Shown in pieces: positions 58,724-64,000 of a DNA stretch of 64,000 bases. The position numbers and the translations under genes were made by a program. This DNA comes from Dehalococcoidales bacterium (lineage in GTDB: Bacteria > Chloroflexota > Dehalococcoidia > Dehalococcoidales > UBA5627). Location: assembly GCA_041656115.1 (NCBI GenBank), contig JBBAED010000001.1:98873-162872 (forward strand). Direction: 5' to 3'. Position 1 is the stretch's first letter. Each line of letters starts with the position of its first letter. The notes below the pieces were generated by a model. It was not told where the DNA came from. It saw only the letters and a list, made by a program, of their open reading frames with translations, and searched no databases.

Positions 58724-59794
58724 CTAGTTGGTGATACTGCCAGAATCCCTTAATTTTTCGGACATATCATCTGCTATTAAATTAAATCCTTTCATTGATC
58801 CTGCCATAGCCGCTCCGTCAGCATTATCATTTCTCCAATAATCCGGCGATATAAACTCTTCAAGATTCGTGAGAATATTTTTGATATCACTTATGGAAGG
58901 ATCGCTTATTCCATTTACCCTTAATTCTTCTAAAATATCAAAAGCCAGTATATGAAAACTAAAAACACCCGGTGTTTTTTGTATAACATATTCATTTGGT
59001 GTCTCAAATGCTTCTGGTATTAATTCCTGTAATGCTATCCAAAGATATTTTATTTTTTCGGCCAATCTAGTTGGTGTCCATGTACTATACGGGCGCTGAT
59101 TTAAAATGGGTTTTAAGGATGTGCTAAAAGATAATTCCCTCACGATGTGGCCACTTTCCTTTCTGCTGTTTGGTGGCTGTATTTTGCCCTTCCACGGTGA
59201 ATCATGGTCCATTCCGAGTATTTTGATTATTTCGGCCGACGTTGCTTCCCAAACCCTGCCAGATAGCCTTATTGCTCTTCTTCCTTCTGGCGAGCCATCT
59301 GAATATTTTAAGGCCAGTAATCTTCGAGCTAAATCTGTACGCACCTTCTTCATGGTTTCATTGATAATTCTAAATTGATTGGCCTCATCTTCTGATTCCA
59401 TATTTTCTATTATCACTATTGGCAATTCGTAGTCCAACAGCCTGTCTAATCCAAACTCTTCAATTGCTCTTTTAATACCATACACCCTGTGTTGCCCATC
59501 CACTATATAAATCTCTGAATTAGCGGGGATGTCAATAAACTCTCCCTCTTTTTCCAACTGCCCCCTGTAACTCAACAATATACTTGTGGGTAATAAAGGG
59601 CGGGATTCATTTTTTAAATAACTCGCCACTTTTTTTGTTCGAGCAGGTTCTGGCATTCTTTGATACCCTTTATATTCCCCGCCTTCCTCTCTATAAACAT
59701 CCACTTCGCAAGCATCTACCAAATCCCCCGCTTTTACTACTCCGGAATACAATTGAACGCCCTCTTGTCTAAACGGAATAACCTTAATTCTCAT
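58724..59794 (-). CDS. DGQHR-domain protein (DndB/DpdB-like, ParB-fold)
   Basis: Literal DGQHR motif (IYIVDGQHRVYG), downstream QFRIINETMKKV, and N-terminal KGYQRMPEPARTKKVASYL. AT-rich. Confidence 0.8.
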   Translation of the reverse strand: MRIKVIPFRQEGVQLYSGVVKAGDLVDACEVDVYREEGGEYKGYQRMPEPARTKKVASYLKNESRPLLPTSILLSYRGQLEKEGEFIDIPANSEIYIVDGQHRVYGIKRAIEEFGLDRLLDYELPIVIIENMESEDEANQFRIINETMKKVRTDLARRLLALKYSDGSPEGRRAIRLSGRVWEATSAEIIKILGMDHDSPWKGKIQPPNSRKESGHIVRELSFSTSLKPILNQRPYSTWTPTRLAEKIKYLWIALQELIPEAFETPNEYVIQKTPGVFSFHILAFDILEELRVNGISDPSISDIKNILTNLEEFISPDYWRNDNADGAAMAGSMKGFNLIADDMSEKLRDSGSITN

Positions 59795-59886
59795 TTTATC
59801 CTCCTGATCAACATATTATTTTTTTAGATCAAGATTATTATATAACTGATCATTAGGTTTGTCAAGTATTAAAGATCATTTTTTGA

Positions 59887-59915
59887 ACAAATTTTCAACA
59901 TTGAAAAGAATTTGT
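59887..59915. promoter_or_regulatory. Palindromic operator-like site upstream of the DGQHR gene
   Basis: Perfect palindrome TTTTCAA-CA-TTGAAAA (59892-59907) embedded in ACAAATT...AATTTGT. It lies 93-121 nt upstream of the start codon at 59794. Confidence 0.45.
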
Positions 59916-59930
59916 CACTCTAATTAGTTA

Positions 59931-59955
59931 ATTGGCCGGAATTGCGAAGATTTAA
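59931..59955 (+). repeat. Direct repeat DR-R bounding the low-GC DGQHR segment
   Basis: ATTGGCCGGAATTGCGAAGATTTAA. See DR-L. Confidence 0.8.
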
Positions 59956-60136
59956 AGGTATAACTTAAACCATTACAGTTTTGAAAATAATCTGACGGCT
60001 TCCAAAATCCGCCCGCCTCTTTTCTCTTATAAAACCCGATTTTTGATTCAAAAACCCTAGAACTCGCCCCAATCTGTTGTTATAATGTAGGGGGATTAGA
60101 GGCTCTAAACGGCAATAATTCCGATAGGAGGATACA

Positions 60137-61102
60137 GTGAACGAGATAGAACGTACGGACAGTAAAGAGATAATCCACCCCGGCGAATTTAATCTGGAAG
60201 AAAAGCAAATGCTGGAACAAATCTATGCCGGAGCGGGGCTTGAGCCTGTGGTTGAGGCCGGAATTAAGGATTACGATGAAAAGATGCAAAAGGAGAGCAA
60301 ACTCCTTAACAAGGTTTTGGGAACCCGCGGGAGCGATATTAAGGGTTACGGGGAAGCGGTAGCCAAGAGGGTTGCCTTTGCCGTTTACCAGACGTTAAAC
60401 CGTCAGTACGGCGGTAAAATGGGCGATTTGCGAATCCATATCAACGCCCTTCAGGACGAGCGCGATCGCGCCCGAGATAAATATGATGACCTAATGGGGC
60501 GTGTGGTAGGCATTCTCGGTGAAGAATACAAAAACCTGCGCACGGATTCCAAAGAATATATGGTAAAACTAACCACTATTCTGGATTCGGACCTCAAGGA
60601 ATCGCGCATAGATCAAAAAGCGTTAGCGGAAACGCTTGCCGATATCGACGGCCTAAGAGACCAAATCAAACGGTTGGAAAACGAAAAAGAAGCCTTAATT
60701 AAAGAACACGCCGATAAAGAGACGGCACTGATAAAAGAAAGCGACAGGGTCGCTGCCGAGTTGAAAAATGAAATCGCCGGTAAGCAAGAAGAAATTGTAA
60801 AGCTTGAACAACAATCGGAAACCCTAACCGGAGAGCTTGCGGTTTCTCGCGGCCAATACGAAAAGCTGGCAACCAGCGCCAACCAAGTGGCAGTAGCTAT
60901 TAACTATGAAGAAATCGGTGCGGCGCATGCTGAAAGCCTTTATAAATATCTGGTTGAGGATTCCAAAGTCCCGAAGTTTGTTCTTGAGGGCGTTGGCAAG
61001 TTTATCGATTTTAATAAGTACCTTAGAACGGCGGTTGCTAAGGGAGCGGAAGAAGCCACCGTACAAGCCGATGCGATACTTAAGGACGGTATGGAGGGGT
61101 AG
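60137..61102 (+). CDS. Coiled-coil protein, unknown function
   Basis: 321 aa from a GTG start 5 nt after AGGAGG. Long heptad-rich central region (DGLRDQIKRLENEKEALIKEHADKETALIKE...). Base composition resembles the core genome. Confidence 0.6.
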   Translation: MNEIERTDSKEIIHPGEFNLEEKQMLEQIYAGAGLEPVVEAGIKDYDEKMQKESKLLNKVLGTRGSDIKGYGEAVAKRVAFAVYQTLNRQYGGKMGDLRIHINALQDERDRARDKYDDLMGRVVGILGEEYKNLRTDSKEYMVKLTTILDSDLKESRIDQKALAETLADIDGLRDQIKRLENEKEALIKEHADKETALIKESDRVAAELKNEIAGKQEEIVKLEQQSETLTGELAVSRGQYEKLATSANQVAVAINYEEIGAAHAESLYKYLVEDSKVPKFVLEGVGKFIDFNKYLRTAVAKGAEEATVQADAILKDGMEG

Positions 61103-61137
61103 GGAATAGATCTGTTTTTGATTGTAAAAGCTTTTTG

Positions 61138-61839
61138 TTAAATTTTTTCGATGTAATTTTGTAATGTTTCTACATCGTAAAGAGATACATTTCCATTGTT
61201 GCAGACCAGATAGAACTTAATGTCCAGTTTATGCCAACCAAAACCGCACAGATTTTTTCTAAGGACTTTTATGTAGTCTTCGGTTAGCGGGATTGCCAAT
61301 GCGTGGCTTGCATTTGTGTCTGTCATTCGACTGATAATTTGTCCAACACCTATTAAAAAGTTCATTTCCGCAGATACGTATCCACCCCTGTCTTCTCCTT
61401 TTATTTCGACTATTGTTTTTTCTCCGTTTTTTTCTATAATCAGGTCAATTTTACCGCTTTTACATGGAACTTCCGTACTTATTTTGTAATTCTGAGTTTT
61501 AAAGTAATTGGTCAGCATATATTGGATTGCGCTCTCTGTAAAAGGATTCTCTTTGTCTTCATTGGGGATATTGGAATCTTTGCGAGAAACACATTTGCAA
61601 CATATCCAACCTTCCCCCTCTTTTCCGCGTTTTGCACTTAACCATGACAAAGCCTCATTATGGTCGTCAAAAAATATTTTATTAACGTTTACGTTTGTTT
61701 TTTTAATCCAAGAACATGAGGCTGCGTGTAATTTATTATTTGTTGTAGGTTTAATACCGCCCGCAAAGTCGTTGTAAATAAACCCTATTCCTCTACCATG
61801 TAAATAGTTCAATCTTTCATTTGTTTTTATTATTTCCAT
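61138..61839 (-). CDS. PD-(D/E)xK nuclease-like protein with N-terminal Cys/His domain
   Basis: The C-terminal half has E (FTESAIQ), D (SGKIDLII), ExK (VEIKGE) and Q (GVGQIISR) in the order of restriction-endonuclease-like cores. The N-terminus has H-x3-C...CC-x-C (LHAASCSWI...GWICCKCV). Very AT-rich. GGAGAA RBS. Confidence 0.5.
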   Translation of the reverse strand: MEIIKTNERLNYLHGRGIGFIYNDFAGGIKPTTNNKLHAASCSWIKKTNVNVNKIFFDDHNEALSWLSAKRGKEGEGWICCKCVSRKDSNIPNEDKENPFTESAIQYMLTNYFKTQNYKISTEVPCKSGKIDLIIEKNGEKTIVEIKGEDRGGYVSAEMNFLIGVGQIISRMTDTNASHALAIPLTEDYIKVLRKNLCGFGWHKLDIKFYLVCNNGNVSLYDVETLQNYIEKI

Positions 61840-61855
61840 TTATGTAGTTCTCCAA

Positions 61856-63370
61856 TCATTTATTTTTGTTAACATTTTCGTTTTCAAATTCTTGAAGAAT
61901 TTTGTCTATTTCATTTCTGGTAAAATTATCACCGTGGTCTTCTTCAATCGTATTGGTTTTAGGAGTAAATTCCCAATTACCAACGTGTTCTACTTCAGGA
62001 TTAAAAAATGTTGCCATTGTTAAGCTTTCTTTGGTTATTAGCTTCCTATATTTTCCAATCTCGGCTTCAATAACTATGAACTTTACGGGTTTGTTAGTAA
62101 TTGAATATTGTTTTTTCACTATATTTGCGATTGTTTTCATCAAGGTTTCCTTTGGGCGCTCGTACCCCCATTCTTCAAGAGCATAAGTCCCCTTTATCCC
62201 AACCCAAACTATACCTTTTCCTTCACGTCCTAGGGTAGCATGGATATTTTTTTCGGAATAGCATGCATCGGGGAATAAATCTAGTAACTTATTGCTTATT
62301 TTTGAAAAATGTGAAGGCTCGCCCAATTGTTTTAATGTTAAAAATATTTTTTGCCATAGATTTAATTTTTTTATTATATTAGTTACGCTTTCCTTTATAA
62401 TTGTTTGACGATCACCTTCAATTAAGGGGCAGTCTTCTCTAAAAATAATATCCTCCAGGCAATTGTTTTGGCAAAAAATGTGTTTCCATGCTTCAAGGGA
62501 AGAATCATTCGATGTAAATTTTCCAATCATTTTGATATTGGTTTTAGGGAATTTATTAATCGGTATATCAAGGAGCTTAAATAAAAACATTATTTCATTT
62601 TTTATTTTTGAATCTAATATCAAACTACACTTTTTGTTCAGAATATAAATAAGTAGGAGGGACAATAACAATTTTTTATTTGGTACAAGGCTGATTTTCT
62701 TCCATGCTTTTACTTGTATTTGTCTTATTCGTTCTCTTGTTCTGTTATATAGGAGCCCTATTTCTTCAAGGGTTAATTTTTTTTCTCCAAATAAACCTTC
62801 TCTATAAGAAATGACCGCCCTTTGAGTGCAAGTTAGCCCATCTATCATGTCTTTTAAAGTATTAAATATTATATCTTCTGTAAAGGGTGAATAATTTTTT
62901 AAATAATACCTATTTAATATGTCTATCTGTACAGATTCTAGTCGATTTTTATCTATAAACGACAAGATGTATGCTAATGGAAACGTGTAGTTATCATTCG
63001 AGTAGGTTCGCAGGTTGATTAAGCCGTAGGCATTACCAAATTCAATAAATTCAGTGGGTATTGTAGTCCATTGGCTCTGTAATCGAAGATTGTTAATTTC
63101 GAATAGCAATTGCTCGGAGGATAAAGAGTGTAATCTGAGTGATGCTAATCGAAAGTTGATTCGAATAAACCTTTTAAAAAGAGTATCCTTTGATATGAAG
63201 ACTGATGGGAAATCGGTTGTATGCCAAATGAATAAGTTACTGTTTTCAATTTTTACCAAAATTTCCTCAATATCATCTTCATAAAAGTGTACAGTTATAT
63301 CTTCGGCTTGGAATGCATGAGGTAATTCTGCAAGTGTCCTTATAATGTAATTTTGTTGGTCATTATTCAT
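61856..63370 (-). CDS. Sigma-70 region-4-like HTH + HARE-HTH-like protein
   Basis: LTCTQRAVISYREGLFGEKKLTLEEIGLLYNRTRERIRQIQVKAWKKI closely fits the sigma70_r4 pattern. LKQLGEPSHFSKISNKLLDLF...GIVWVGIKGTYALEEWGY fits the HARE-HTH pattern. ATGA overlap with the upstream gene. Very AT-rich. Confidence 0.55.
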   Translation of the reverse strand: MNNDQQNYIIRTLAELPHAFQAEDITVHFYEDDIEEILVKIENSNLFIWHTTDFPSVFISKDTLFKRFIRINFRLASLRLHSLSSEQLLFEINNLRLQSQWTTIPTEFIEFGNAYGLINLRTYSNDNYTFPLAYILSFIDKNRLESVQIDILNRYYLKNYSPFTEDIIFNTLKDMIDGLTCTQRAVISYREGLFGEKKLTLEEIGLLYNRTRERIRQIQVKAWKKISLVPNKKLLLSLLLIYILNKKCSLILDSKIKNEIMFLFKLLDIPINKFPKTNIKMIGKFTSNDSSLEAWKHIFCQNNCLEDIIFREDCPLIEGDRQTIIKESVTNIIKKLNLWQKIFLTLKQLGEPSHFSKISNKLLDLFPDACYSEKNIHATLGREGKGIVWVGIKGTYALEEWGYERPKETLMKTIANIVKKQYSITNKPVKFIVIEAEIGKYRKLITKESLTMATFFNPEVEHVGNWEFTPKTNTIEEDHGDNFTRNEIDKILQEFENENVNKNK

Positions 63371-63840
63371 GCCCTGTGTGGTATAGTCCCCCCACTTATT
63401 TGCTCTGCGATTCGGCGAGTCCCCTTTTCACAGCTGCCCCAATTTAAATCTACTGGAATCATTTCAATTTTTGGTATATATCTGCGTAAAATAATTACTT
63501 TTTCCAACCATTTTCTTTTAACCCCCAAATCTCTTTCTAAATGATTGTATATCCCATCTATTTCTACTTCCAGTTTTTTTAGATCATCAATAAATTTAAA
63601 AATAATGTCTCCCAGTTCCCATATTTTTCTTGCGGGTAATTTTATTCGGTTATGTCTAAAATATTCGATTTCGGTTAACTTGGTCTTCATATTAAGTATT
63701 GAGTCTTCATATGCCGAAGACGCTTTTTTAAGTAGTGAATCGAAATCATCGTTTTTTAAAAGAAAATCTTTCAAGTTAATTGATGCAATATACCCTTCGG
63801 CAGTTTTGTCAAAAGAAACGAATACAATTTCTTCCTTCAT
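63367..63840 (-). CDS. Hypothetical protein (157 aa), first recognisable gene of the low-GC operon
   Basis: Intact ORF, translationally coupled downstream (ATGA). A possible 33-aa ORF upstream (63840-63941) joins it through a TAATG junction. No motif recognised. Confidence 0.45.
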   Translation of the reverse strand: MKEEIVFVSFDKTAEGYIASINLKDFLLKNDDFDSLLKKASSAYEDSILNMKTKLTEIEYFRHNRIKLPARKIWELGDIIFKFIDDLKKLEVEIDGIYNHLERDLGVKRKWLEKVIILRRYIPKIEMIPVDLNWGSCEKGTRRIAEQISGGTIPHRA

Positions 63841-64000
63841 TATTTTCTTCCCCAGACTGATATTAATTTGTCCACAAAAGATAAATCATTTGTGTCGCCG
63901 ACAAAAAGAAACTTTTGCATAGCGTTAGCTATTGCGTACATACAATGTGTCCTTTTTACTTGTGAATTTGTGGATGCTCTTTTGTAAGCAGGGTTCCCTG

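Noticed and set aside
63840-64000. 33-aa ORF (63840-63941) and the 3' fragment of a further minus-strand ORF ending at 63956
   Set aside because: They are too short or truncated to support as features. They are mentioned only as evidence that the low-GC operon continues beyond the window.

Overview
This 64-kb bacterial chromosomal window is mostly conserved housekeeping genes. In order they are: trmD (partial), a minimal division cluster mraZ-rsmH-ftsA-ftsZ with no mur/ftsI/ftsW genes, nrdR-nrdJ, a TIGR03960-like radical SAM gene, proS, pheST, rpsU, yqeY, ispG-rseP-dxr / cdsA-uppS-frr-pyrH-tsf-rpsB, tRNA-Val and tRNA-Lys, ridA, a phoU-like gene, ade-hpt, mtnN and a complete 9-gene V/A-type ATPase operon. 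The wall-less division cluster, a large S-layer-like IPT/TIG-repeat protein, a DUF123 gene and a short EF-Ts suggest a Dehalococcoidia-like Chloroflexota. That lineage call is inference and was not checked against any database.

Four things stand out.

(1) Phage-type packaging genes (terS-like + terL, 10.8-12.5 kb, minus strand) and head genes (Cys4-HTH, portal, scaffold, capsid and several more, 23.3-31.1 kb, plus strand) lie in two divergent blocks. About 10.8 kb of essential aaRS genes and the S-layer-like gene separate them. I recognise no integrase, repressor, replication, tail-tube or lysis genes. Both blocks carry the same 24-nt operator/extended -10 element (21/24 identical) at nearly the same distance from their start codons. 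This fits a domesticated capsid or GTA-like system, or a rearranged prophage remnant.

(2) A family of modular, nested-palindromic intergenic repeats forms 8 arrays totalling roughly 5.2 kb, about 8% of the window. The arrays occur in both orientations, sit inside conserved operons and generate many spurious ORFs.

(3) There are two low-GC accessory segments after the ATPase operon. The first is a 1.76-kb segment bounded by 25-nt direct repeats, carrying a DGQHR (DndB/DpdB-like) gene and a PC4/YdbC-like gene. The second is an operon encoding a 157-aa unknown, a sigma-70-region-4 + HARE-HTH-like protein and a PD-(D/E)xK nuclease-like protein. It is truncated by the window edge.

(4) A beta-class DNA methyltransferase fused to an Mrr-like nuclease domain lies next to the tRNA pair.

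All functional calls come from motif recognition by eye. No searches were run.
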